This document shows positions 34,358 through 42,452 of a stretch of 64,000 bases of DNA, piece after piece. Source of the DNA: Candidatus Pacearchaeota archaeon (GTDB lineage: Archaea > Nanobdellota > Nanobdellia > Pacearchaeales > GW2011-AR1). The stretch spans positions 2,556-66,555 of the forward strand of contig VGKT01000001.1 of NCBI GenBank assembly GCA_016866955.1, in the 5' to 3' direction. The stretch's first letter is position 1. Each line of letters starts with the position of its first letter. The position numbers and the translations under genes are program-made. Under the pieces are notes generated by a model. The model searched no databases. It worked only from the letters and a program-made list of their open reading frames with translations, and was not told where the DNA came from.

Positions 34358-35565
34358 GATCGGAGAGCCTCCACGGTATTAAGCTTTGAAGCTTTGATGG
34401 CTGGAAGAGTGCCCGCAAAAAGACCGAGAATGAAAGCAAACAAAATAGATGCACTAATAAGTGGATAGGAAATCGTAACTGCTAACGTAATGCCTCCCAG
34501 TGCATGTGAGGCAATCCCTGAAACAGCAAAAGCAAGGATAAGACCGATGAGTGCGCCCCCGATACCTCCTACGAGTCCGAGAAGTGCTGATTCGGTCATG
34601 AATACCTTAAGAATATCTCGATTGTGCGCACCAAGTGCTTTCATGGTACCAATTTCTCTCGTACGTTCTAACACGGAAGTGTACATCGTGTTTGCTACCC
34701 CTACTCCTCCCACCATAAGTGAAATAGCAGCAATACCTGCAATGACTGCGTTAATGCCTATGAGAATGGTATTGATTGCTGAAAGCGCTTGGAGCGGAGA
34801 TTCAACTGAAAACGTTTCGCTTCCCTCTTTTTCATTTCTATCTTTTCGTAAAGCTCGTTTGATTGCTTCTGCAACATTGTCTACTTGCTTAAGATCAGTG
34901 ACTTGAGCAACAATGAAATCAATTTCATTTTCTATATTGAATATTTTTTTTAAATCATCTTCGGCCATAAAAATAGCCGTATTGAATTGGAAGGATCCGG
35001 TTTCTTTCAAAATGCCGATGATTTCAAATGATTTCCCTTGTATCGTGACTGATGTTCCTACTTTCAAGGGTTTACCGTACGTATTTTCGGTAAAACCTGA
35101 TCCAATCACAATAGTTCCTCTTTCATCGGCAGAAGGAATTTTTCCTTCTGCTGCTTCAAGCTTAAATGATTCTACAAAATAATCAAAATCATCTTGTTCC
35201 GAAGGAAATGAAGAAAGGAATTCAAAACCGGCAATTTTATTGAAATCCATACGACCGATACGTACATATCTACTCAATACTCTACTTACTCCTGAAGTAC
35301 TTGCTACTATTTTTTTATCGTGATCGGTTAATTTAGCAATACTCCCTGCCCCTGGTGGTCCAAATGCATCTCCCGCATTTTGAATAACTAATCGATCTGC
35401 TGAAAGTGTGGCGAATTGCCCGGTGATTGCTTCTTGCAAACCATTTCCTAAGGAAATCAGTGCAACCACTGCAGCAATACCAATAAAAATACCTACCAGT
35501 GTAAGCAGAGAACGTAATCCTCTATGCGCTAAATTACTAAGTGCAAGACGAATATACTGATACAT
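34354..35565 (-). CDS. ABC transporter permease, MacB/LolC-like (FtsX family)
   Basis: Same architecture as its paralog (TSVLERTREIGTMKALGA). 4-nt overlap with the downstream permease. Confidence 0.88.
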   Translation of the reverse strand: MYQYIRLALSNLAHRGLRSLLTLVGIFIGIAAVVALISLGNGLQEAITGQFATLSADRLVIQNAGDAFGPPGAGSIAKLTDHDKKIVASTSGVSRVLSRYVRIGRMDFNKIAGFEFLSSFPSEQDDFDYFVESFKLEAAEGKIPSADERGTIVIGSGFTENTYGKPLKVGTSVTIQGKSFEIIGILKETGSFQFNTAIFMAEDDLKKIFNIENEIDFIVAQVTDLKQVDNVAEAIKRALRKDRNEKEGSETFSVESPLQALSAINTILIGINAVIAGIAAISLMVGGVGVANTMYTSVLERTREIGTMKALGAHNRDILKVFMTESALLGLVGGIGGALIGLILAFAVSGIASHALGGITLAVTISYPLISASILFAFILGLFAGTLPAIKASKLNTVEALRS

Positions 35566-35597
35566 ATTAGAATTCCTCCCGTATTTGGGGTCGCATA

Positions 35598-36449
35598 TTA
35601 CTTGCCTCGAAGAGTTACTTCTGCGGCGAGACGCATTCTTCGGCGTTTTGCAATGGTGCGATAGATAAACCAGACAAAGAGAAGCAGAACAATACCTCCG
35701 AGATAGAAAGGAGCATTATTTGGTTGAGCAATGCCCTTAGCGATTGCTTCATCATTGGTATATACTTGCAATGGAAGATCAAATACCTTGGTAAATGATT
35801 TTACATTATCATCTTGATATTCAAGAGTTCCAGAAAGTGTTGCAGATTTACCAGTAATCAGGACATCGAGTGTGACCGTTTCGAAATCATCTGAATCAAT
35901 GGAACCAATATACACTTCTTTCTCAGATAAGATTGTCAAACCCGTACCTTGAAACTGAACAGAAACAAATCGTGCTTCACCCAATCCTTTATTGATCACT
36001 TTGAATGTTGCCTTTGTTTTACTTCCAATAATAGGTTCTGCTATGTTTGCTGTAAATGAGAGTAGGGGATCTGCAGAAATGCGAATAGCGATAGTTCCCT
36101 TCTTCAGAGTTGTATTGTTACGATAGGTAATGGTATAAGGAATTTTATAATCCCCTACTTTTGCACTTGAATCGGCACGAATTATGAATGAGAATGATTC
36201 TTTATCATTTTTATCCAATTCATCTACCGATACTTCTGAACTATCTACTGGAGCAAGAGGGACCCCCGTAAAGTCTAGGGTAAATGAAACATCTTCGATG
36301 TCTTTACCAAGTGTATTTTTGAGCGTAATATCAACGCGCCCTTCTTTACCGGGAATAATAGTATCTGCAGAAACATCTGAGACAATAAGCGCGGAAGCTA
36401 GTGGAAGAATCAAGAGCACTAAAGTAAGTGCAAGTACTTGTTTGAACAT
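35598..36449 (-). CDS. secreted CARDB/COG1361-like protein with a C-terminal TM anchor
   Basis: Signal (MFKQVLALTLVLLILPLASA). ITLKNTLGKD and KVINKGLGEA motifs. C-terminal TM plus KRRRMR. Confidence 0.6.
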   Translation of the reverse strand: MFKQVLALTLVLLILPLASALIVSDVSADTIIPGKEGRVDITLKNTLGKDIEDVSFTLDFTGVPLAPVDSSEVSVDELDKNDKESFSFIIRADSSAKVGDYKIPYTITYRNNTTLKKGTIAIRISADPLLSFTANIAEPIIGSKTKATFKVINKGLGEARFVSVQFQGTGLTILSEKEVYIGSIDSDDFETVTLDVLITGKSATLSGTLEYQDDNVKSFTKVFDLPLQVYTNDEAIAKGIAQPNNAPFYLGGIVLLLFVWFIYRTIAKRRRMRLAAEVTLRGK

Positions 36450-36512
36450 AGTTTTTCCTTGTTCAAATGGTATTTAAAGCTTATCTATAAGACACTTCTT
36501 AGTGGTGACAAA

Positions 36513-37232
36513 TTAACTTTTAATTTCTTTCCAGCTTGCGCCTGTTTTCTTAGTAATCTTGTCTACTTTCCCATCTTTAATCCAGTAAATGGTACGCGCA
36601 TGTGCAAGTGCTTTGTCAGGATCGTGGGTAATAATGATAATTGTTTTTCCTTGTTGATTAAGTTGTTCAAGAAAGCTCATTACTTTTGCACCGGTTTTAG
36701 TGTCTAAATTTCCAGTTGGTTCATCAGCAAGAATGACTTCCGGGTCATTGGCAAGTGAACGTGCAATTGCTACTCGTTGTTGTTGCCCCCCCGATAATTG
36801 ATTAGGATAATGATCTCCTCTGTCGCTTAACTCAACTAAAGCAAGTAGTTTTTCTGCCTGTGCCTCTTTTTCTTCTTCCTCTTGATCTTGGAAAAGCATA
36901 GGTAATTTTATGTTTTCTTTTGCAGTTAAATTAGGAATGAGGTTAAAGCTTTGAAAGATAAATCCTATTTTTTTCCCTCGTAATTGCGCAAGTTCTGATT
37001 CTTCTAAATGTGCAATATTGTGGCCATCCAGGTAAATATGTCCTGCAGTGGGAATATCCAAACTCCCGGTGAGATTCATGGCAGTAGATTTGCCTGACCC
37101 TGAAGGGCCCATTATCGCAACAAAGTCCCCTTTATCAATACTCAAACTAATCCCGTCCACTGCTTTAACGGTGGTATCGCCCATATAATAGTACTTACTT
37201 ACATTCTTCAATGTAATAACTGGGTGTTTCAT
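36513..37232 (-). CDS. ABC transporter ATP-binding protein (MacB/LolD-type)
   Basis: GPSGSGKST, LSGGQQQRVAIARSL, ILADEPTGNLD. Start trimmed to ATG 37232. Confidence 0.9.
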   Translation of the reverse strand: MKHPVITLKNVSKYYYMGDTTVKAVDGISLSIDKGDFVAIMGPSGSGKSTAMNLTGSLDIPTAGHIYLDGHNIAHLEESELAQLRGKKIGFIFQSFNLIPNLTAKENIKLPMLFQDQEEEEKEAQAEKLLALVELSDRGDHYPNQLSGGQQQRVAIARSLANDPEVILADEPTGNLDTKTGAKVMSFLEQLNQQGKTIIIITHDPDKALAHARTIYWIKDGKVDKITKKTGASWKEIKS

Positions 37233-37307
37233 AGCTTTGGGGACGAGTATTCGTTTAAGAACCTTTGGAAAGGAAAGCCTTAAAAAGCACTTTCTCAAAG
37301 CTCAGGT

Positions 37308-37505
37308 ATGATTATTCCTGTTCGCTGTTTTGGATGCGGTAAACCTGTTGGTCAACTCTGGGAAGCATATAAGAAACGTTTAGCTACTGGCGAAGAAGCA
37401 GGCAAAATTCTAGACGAAATGGGTCTTGAACGTTATTGCTGCCGTGCTGCGCTCTTAGGACATGCAGACATGTTGCCTGAGATTACCAAATTCAAAAAGG
37501 CTTAA
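37308..37505 (+). CDS. rpoN: RNA polymerase subunit N (Rpo10)
   Basis: MIIPVRCFGCGKPVG...GLERYCCR. Confidence 0.9.
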   Translation: MIIPVRCFGCGKPVGQLWEAYKKRLATGEEAGKILDEMGLERYCCRAALLGHADMLPEITKFKKA

Positions 37506-37563
37506 ACCTTTTTGCTCCTCAAACGTACGTGTTCAAGATTTAAGAAAGCGTACTTTTACTATA

Positions 37564-37818
37564 CTATACTGTATTCCTATTCTTTTTTCCACATGCTTTA
37601 CATACAGTTGTTTTGAAACCATTGTTAATTCGTATTTCTCCTGCGAGAGGATTCCAACATGCCGTACAAAATCTTTTGCGATAGCTCCCTAATCGGATAC
37701 GATGTGATTTAGCCAGATTCCAGATTTTACGAAGTTCTTCTGAAGTAAACCTCGTCTTTTGAAAAAATGCATCAACTTGTTTCTGAGCTTCTGTTTTTGA
37801 TTCTTTCTTTTTTGCCAT
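37564..37818 (-). CDS. RNase P protein component 4 (Rpp21/Rpr2 family)
   Basis: RIRLGSYRKRFCTACWNPL...EIRINN...TVCKACG zinc-ribbon pattern. Confidence 0.75.
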   Translation of the reverse strand: MAKKKESKTEAQKQVDAFFQKTRFTSEELRKIWNLAKSHRIRLGSYRKRFCTACWNPLAGEIRINNGFKTTVCKACGKKNRNTV

Positions 37819-37858
37819 AGACAGTATAACAAAAAGGAGTAATTAAAGATGCTGTCTG

Positions 37859-37871
37859 AAGAAAATAAAAC
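37859..37871 (-). terminator. oligo-T tract after 5S rRNA
   Basis: Minus strand reads GTTTTATTTTCTTC immediately after the 5S 3' end. Confidence 0.5.
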
Positions 37872-37985
37872 GAAGACAGCATCGGTGTTTCGCCTCTTGT
37901 GGGAGACTACCGCGACCGACGCATGCAGCTTGACTTCTGTGTTCGGAATGGGAACAGGTATTTCCTGCATACTGTGGCCGTCTTC
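37872..37985 (-). rRNA. 5S ribosomal RNA (stand-alone)
   Basis: Minus strand reads GAAGACGGCCACAG...CCCATTCCGAACACAGAAGTCAAGC...GATGCTGTCTTC. Terminal helix I pairs; the loop C / helix III consensus is present. Confidence 0.88.
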
Positions 37986-38006
37986 AAAGTTGTAGCTCTG
38001 AGAGGG

Positions 38007-38014
38007 TATAAAAA
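38007..38014. promoter_or_regulatory. TATA element positioned for both the 5S rRNA (minus) and the 38036 ORF (plus)
   Basis: TATAAAAA lies 22-29 nt from the 5S 5' end (37985) and 22-29 nt from ATG 38036. Confidence 0.45.
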
Positions 38015-38035
38015 GGTTGCGTTTACTCTTTGCAT

Positions 38036-38227
38036 ATGTCACGACCTGAAATTGATAGAGCAGCAGAAGTTGTTGAACACCTTGAGCGTCTTCTTCCTCA
38101 ACTCCGTAATTCTGAGCCTAACTCTCCTGAGCGAACTAATCTTATAGAAGAAGTACGTAAGTATAACAATTCATATAAACGCCTTACCGGAAAACATTAT
38201 TCTCCCCCTGAACGAGAAGAAGATTAA
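38036..38227 (+). CDS. hypothetical small protein (weak call)
   Basis: 63-aa charged ORF. Its stop overlaps the convergent gene's stop within TTAA. Confidence 0.3.
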   Translation: MSRPEIDRAAEVVEHLERLLPQLRNSEPNSPERTNLIEEVRKYNNSYKRLTGKHYSPPEREED

Positions 38228-38622
38228 TGTCCTGTTTGTTTGATTCTTTGGAGCGCTATCTGGGCTGATTCGGCCATTTCTGGTTCAGGATCGTTGATAA
38301 AACGGGCAATGAAAGAGATGAATTCTTCTTTTCCCAATGTTGCTAATGCAAGCACTGCTTCATGCCGTACGAAGATATTAGGATCATGTTCGACCGCCTC
38401 CATGAGATACGGGGCAGCAATTTTTGGATGAGCAGTCTCCCCAAGTGAAAAAGCAAATTCATGACGGACAATAGGCGAAGGGTCTGTTTTGAGTCCCTTT
38501 CCTAAAATATGCACTGCTTCATCATCAGGTTGATTTTCTAAATGAAATGCTGCTTGAATTCGCCATTCCTGATTATAATTTTTGGTATCAAGTGCAATTG
38601 CTCGCCAATTTGGTACGCTCAT
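38224..38622 (-). CDS. HEAT-repeat protein resembling one half of deoxyhypusine hydroxylase (two His-Glu motifs)
   Basis: PIVRHEFAFSLGETAHPKIAAPYLMEAVEHDPNIFVRHEAVLALATLGKEEFISFIARFINDPEPEMAESAQIALQRI. Compare human DOHH ..[77 protein letters not shown]. Confidence 0.6.
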   Translation of the reverse strand: MSVPNWRAIALDTKNYNQEWRIQAAFHLENQPDDEAVHILGKGLKTDPSPIVRHEFAFSLGETAHPKIAAPYLMEAVEHDPNIFVRHEAVLALATLGKEEFISFIARFINDPEPEMAESAQIALQRIKQTGH

Positions 38623-38644
38623 TGCTCACCAGGCAGAGAGATAG

Positions 38645-38652
38645 TTTTAAAA
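38645..38652 (+). promoter_or_regulatory. TATA box (TTTTAAAA) for tRNA-Leu(CAA)
   Basis: Lies 27-34 nt upstream of the tRNA 5' end. Confidence 0.45.
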
Positions 38653-38678
38653 CATTCCCCTTATTGCTGAATTTAGAC

Positions 38679-38762
38679 GCGAGGGTAGCAAAGCGGTCAA
38701 ATGCGAAAGACTCAAAATCTTTTGGCTTAGTGCCTTCGGAGGTTCGAATCCTCTCCCTCGCA
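38679..38762 (+). tRNA. tRNA-Leu (anticodon CAA)
   Basis: GCGAGGG/TA/D-arm/AAAGA-CTCAAAA-TCTTT/variable arm TGGCTTAGTGCCTTC/GGAGG-TTCGAAT-CCTCT/CCCTCGC-A. Confidence 0.88.
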
Positions 38763-38833
38763 TAATACTCTTTCACTTATTTTTACAAAATTATAAGCAC
38801 ACTCTTTAAACCCCTTAATCATCACGAATACAA

Positions 38834-38922
38834 GCGCCCGTAGCTCAGTTAGATAGAGTAGTGCCCTCCTAACTTAGATGGCAGAAAGGCAAAGGTCGTA
38901 GGTGCAATTCCTACCGGGCGCG
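38834..38922 (+). tRNA. tRNA-Arg (anticodon CCT), probably with an intron of about 15 nt after position 37
   Basis: GCGCCCG/TA/GCTC..GAGT/A/GTGCC-CTCCTA[ACTTAGATGGCAGAA]A-GGCAA/AGGTC/GTAGG-TGCAATT-CCTAC/CGGGCGC-G. There is a G27-A43 mismatch and an unusual T-loop, so anticodon and intron placement are less certain. Confidence 0.6.
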
Positions 38923-38935
38923 TACCATAATAACC

Positions 38936-38942
38936 TTTAAAA
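38936..38942 (+). promoter_or_regulatory. TATA box (TTTAAAA) for tRNA-Gly (and probably secFD)
   Basis: Lies 25-31 nt upstream of the tRNA-Gly 5' end. Confidence 0.45.
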
Positions 38943-38966
38943 CCGTCTTCGGATAGCATTTAATAA

Positions 38967-39037
38967 GCGCGATTAATTCAATGGTAGAATGACTGGTTTC
39001 CAACCAGTATACACGGGTTCGATTCCCGTATCGCGCA
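38967..39037 (+). tRNA. tRNA-Gly (anticodon TCC)
   Basis: GCGCGAT/TA/ATTC-AATGGTA-GAAT/G/ACTGG-TTTCCAA-CCAGT/ATAC/ACGGG-TTCGATT-CCCGT/ATCGCGC-A. Confidence 0.9.
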
Positions 39038-39045
39038 TACTCACT

Positions 39046-40179
39046 ATGAAAGAACAATTTGCCTCTTGGTATAATGCATACTATAAGCATTTGCTCGTGT
39101 TGCCTGCGATTGTATTAGTTCTTTCATTTATTTCATTAGGCACAATGTATGCTGAAACGGGTACTTTTTTTGCTCAAGATATTTCTTTGACTGGAGGAAC
39201 TGCACTTACTCTTTTTGATACAGTCCTTTCTCCTGATTCACTTGTTACTTCATTACAACAACAATTCCCCGATATTCAGGCACGAGCAATTACCGATATT
39301 CGTACGGGAGCACAAAAAGCACTTTATATTGAAACGAAAGCAGAAGCTGAACCATTACGAACTGCAGTAGAAAAAATAGTAACCTATCCCTTAACTCCTG
39401 AAAACTCGTCAGTTGAATTTTCAGGAGCATTACTTTCTTCTCAATTTTATCAACAATTAATGCAAGCTTTAGTTGTTGCCTTCCTCTTGATGGCAGTTAT
39501 GGTATTCAGTATTTTTGCTGAAAAACCTTATTTGAAATCTCTCGCACTGATGCTTACCTTGAGTACTACAATTGCTCTTCTTCCTGGCATTAGAACTGTT
39601 GCAGGACTTGCAGTTTTCGGTATTATTTGTAGTGCCTGTTATGGATTATGGTATGGAACGGGTAAGCGTGCGCTTATCTTTGGAATTGCTCTTTTCTCAC
39701 TTATCTTCCCTTCCATTGCCTTCCCTCTCCTTACTGGGATTCTTTGTTTACTTCTCTTCATCGGATATGCTCGCGTTTCACTCCCGAGTGCAGCGGTTGC
39801 TCTTGCTGCATTTGCGGACATTATCATGACTCTTGCTTTAGTTAATGTACTGGGTATTGAAATGTCTCTTGCGGGTATTATCGCGTTGCTCATGTTAATC
39901 GGTTATTCAGTAGATACGGACATTCTTCTTACTGCTCGTCTTTTGAAAGAACGTACTGGTACGTTAAACCAACGCCTCTGGGAAGCATGTAAAACGGGAG
40001 TAACTATGACTCTCACTGCTCTCGTGGCCGTGGGCATTTCATTATGGTTTGTTGCCTCCTATTCTGATACTCTTGCTCAGATTTTCACCATTATGCTTTT
40101 TGGTTTACTCTTTGATTTATTCAATACCTGGATTACTAATGCAAGCATCTTGAAATGGTTCTTGGAGGGACGCGCATGA
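39046..40179 (+). CDS. secF: protein-export membrane protein SecF
   Basis: N-terminal TM, a periplasmic-type domain, then a 5-TM block (..IGYSVDTDILLTARL..). The track ORF start lies inside tRNA-Gly, so it was trimmed to ATG 39046. Confidence 0.8.
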   Translation: MKEQFASWYNAYYKHLLVLPAIVLVLSFISLGTMYAETGTFFAQDISLTGGTALTLFDTVLSPDSLVTSLQQQFPDIQARAITDIRTGAQKALYIETKAEAEPLRTAVEKIVTYPLTPENSSVEFSGALLSSQFYQQLMQALVVAFLLMAVMVFSIFAEKPYLKSLALMLTLSTTIALLPGIRTVAGLAVFGIICSACYGLWYGTGKRALIFGIALFSLIFPSIAFPLLTGILCLLLFIGYARVSLPSAAVALAAFADIIMTLALVNVLGIEMSLAGIIALLMLIGYSVDTDILLTARLLKERTGTLNQRLWEACKTGVTMTLTALVAVGISLWFVASYSDTLAQIFTIMLFGLLFDLFNTWITNASILKWFLEGRA

Positions 40180-41687
40180 TGCGATTAATGACCTGGCGAG
40201 TGTGGTTATTGGTGGGATGTATTCTTTCCTCACTACTTGCTATTGGCCCTTCTTTCTCCCGTGAACTTGCAATTACGGGTGTAGAATACAATTCGACTTG
40301 GTATACTGAAGGCGTACGAGATGGACAACAGATTACGGGGATTGATATGCACTCCCTGACCTCTCCTCAAGACTATGCTGCACTCATCTCTGAGTATGAA
40401 ACAACATCGCTCCCCCGTCGTGTTGATGTTCATACCAAGGAAGGAACATTTATTGTATATACAAATGAATCGTTGGGTTTTGGAGTAAAGCAAGCCCCTC
40501 GTACTAATATTCATTTAGGATTAGATTTAGCTGGAGGAGCACGTGCGTTAGTTCAACCTGCTGAAAATCTTGATGATACTTCATTGCAAGATTTAATTGC
40601 TATCAGTAGAAATCGTTTGAATGTGTATGGTTTGAGTGATGTACAATTAAAGGGAGTGCGAGATGCAGATGGACAAGCATTTATGTTAGTTGAAATCGCT
40701 GGAGCAACACCAAATGATTTAGAAGAATTAATCGGACAACAAGGCAAATCTGCTGCACTTATTGGAAATACCACGGTCTTTACCGGTGGAAAAGAAGATA
40801 TTGGGGGAGTGTGTACACGTGATGCAACTTGTGCAGGAATTCGTCAATGTCTCCGAGTGCAAGAAGGATATGCTTGTGAATTTCAATTTGCTTTGTATTT
40901 TACTGAACAAGCTGCTGAACGCCATGCAAGTGTAACGCGTACACTCGGAACAGATAGTTCAGGCCAATATCTCTCTGAGCAATTAGTATTGACCGTGGAT
41001 GGAAAAGAAGCTACACGTCTTTCTATTAGTACCGGACTACGAGGACTAAAGACAACAGAGATCAGTATTTCAGGTTCAGGAACAGGAGTTACCCAAGAAC
41101 AGGCCTATCAAGCTGCACAAGAAGAAATGCATCGTTTACAAACGATTTTACTTACCGGAAGTTTACCCTATAAATTGAATATCGTCAAATTAGATACGAT
41201 CTCTCCTGCATTAGGAGCCGATTTCTTACAAACGCTTTTACTTGCTGGGGGATTTTCGCTCTTAGGAGTTAGTCTGATTGTATTTCTTCGCTATCGTGCT
41301 TTGAAAGCTTCTTTAGCGGTCTTAGTTACTTCATTTTCTGAAGTTATCATTATTCTGGGAATTGCCAGTTTAATGGGCTGGCATTTAGATTTACCGAGTA
41401 TTGCGGGTATTTTGGCTACCGTTGGTACAAGCGTTGACCAACAGATTGTCATTCTTGATGAATCACGTAAACGGGTAGTTGCTCTCACAGAACGTATGAA
41501 GCGTGCGCTCTTTATTGTAGTGAGTGCATTTGCAACATCTGCTGCATCATTACTTCCTTTGTATTGGGCAGGAGCAGGACTCTTCAAAGGATTCATGATT
41601 ACAACTTTAATCGGTATTACTGCAGGAGTATTAATTTCTCGTCCTGCATTTAGCGACATTATTAGCAAACTTGAGGAACACTCATAA
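40176..41687 (+). CDS. secD: protein-export membrane protein SecD
   Basis: ATGA overlap with secF. LGLDLAGGARALV motif, a large extracytoplasmic domain, and a C-terminal 5-TM block (GTSVDQQIVILD). Confidence 0.85.
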   Translation: MMRLMTWRVWLLVGCILSSLLAIGPSFSRELAITGVEYNSTWYTEGVRDGQQITGIDMHSLTSPQDYAALISEYETTSLPRRVDVHTKEGTFIVYTNESLGFGVKQAPRTNIHLGLDLAGGARALVQPAENLDDTSLQDLIAISRNRLNVYGLSDVQLKGVRDADGQAFMLVEIAGATPNDLEELIGQQGKSAALIGNTTVFTGGKEDIGGVCTRDATCAGIRQCLRVQEGYACEFQFALYFTEQAAERHASVTRTLGTDSSGQYLSEQLVLTVDGKEATRLSISTGLRGLKTTEISISGSGTGVTQEQAYQAAQEEMHRLQTILLTGSLPYKLNIVKLDTISPALGADFLQTLLLAGGFSLLGVSLIVFLRYRALKASLAVLVTSFSEVIIILGIASLMGWHLDLPSIAGILATVGTSVDQQIVILDESRKRVVALTERMKRALFIVVSAFATSAASLLPLYWAGAGLFKGFMITTLIGITAGVLISRPAFSDIISKLEEHS

Positions 41688-41688
41688 A

Positions 41689-42141
41689 ATGTTACCGAGG
41701 TGGCATGTTTTATTAGGAGCACTTTTTGTTGGAGGGTTCTATCTTCTTGTACCTGATTTGGCCTGGTATAATTACTTCTTACTGTTCTTTGCTTCAGTCT
41801 TTATTGATGTTGATCATTATATTGCAGCAGGATTGAAAACAGGAAGTTGGAGACTCTCAGATGCATTAGAGTATTATGCTACGCAAGGAGATCAAGTTCA
41901 ACTCGATCAGAAAAAAGGAATTCGAAAAGTGTATGATTTTCACATTTTTCACACTATTGAATTTCATGTACTTATTGCATTACTCAGTGTCTGGTGGCAA
42001 CCTGCCTTTTACTTATTTATTGGTATGACATTTCATACCTTGTTAGATATTTTTACGTTGTTACATCGCGATTACCTCTATATGCGCGAATTCTTTTTGA
42101 CTACTTGGCTTTGGAATATGCTTAACGAACATTTCGATTAG
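41689..42141 (+). CDS. hypothetical membrane protein (possible DUF457/YdjM-like metal-dependent hydrolase)
   Basis: Multi-TM with FIDVDHYI and HTLLDIF motifs. Start trimmed to ATG 41689. Confidence 0.45.
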   Translation: MLPRWHVLLGALFVGGFYLLVPDLAWYNYFLLFFASVFIDVDHYIAAGLKTGSWRLSDALEYYATQGDQVQLDQKKGIRKVYDFHIFHTIEFHVLIALLSVWWQPAFYLFIGMTFHTLLDIFTLLHRDYLYMREFFLTTWLWNMLNEHFD

Positions 42142-42416
42142 AGCATACTCCCTGCTCCTTTTGCTAGTAAGAGCAATGCAGGAGTCCAGACTAACAACGT
42201 AGGGAGTGCGTAGAAAAGTGAAAGTAACAGAAGAATGCCTGCGAGAAAATCAACGATACTTAACGGATCTCCTGTGAGAATAAACATACTTTTGAGAAGT
42301 AATAATCCTGCTGAAAAAAGCGTGAGCTGAAGAAAGGGGGTTACCCCGAATACGAGAAGAATAAAGAGACCTGCCCCTATAAGGTCAATTCCCCCCAATA
42401 GTTTGAGTATAAGCAT
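42138..42416 (-). CDS. hypothetical small membrane protein
   Basis: 92 aa with 3 hydrophobic segments. Confidence 0.45.
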   Translation of the reverse strand: MLILKLLGGIDLIGAGLFILLVFGVTPFLQLTLFSAGLLLLKSMFILTGDPLSIVDFLAGILLLLSLFYALPTLLVWTPALLLLAKGAGSML

Positions 42417-42452
42417 GTTTATAGCCCTCAGAATGGGTTAAAAACGATATCT

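Noticed and set aside
33216-34382. 388-aa plus-strand ORF spanning the whole permease gene
   Set aside because: It is antisense to a well-supported FtsX/MacB permease. The product is S/T/P/N-rich low-complexity sequence with no motif. This is a typical shadow ORF.
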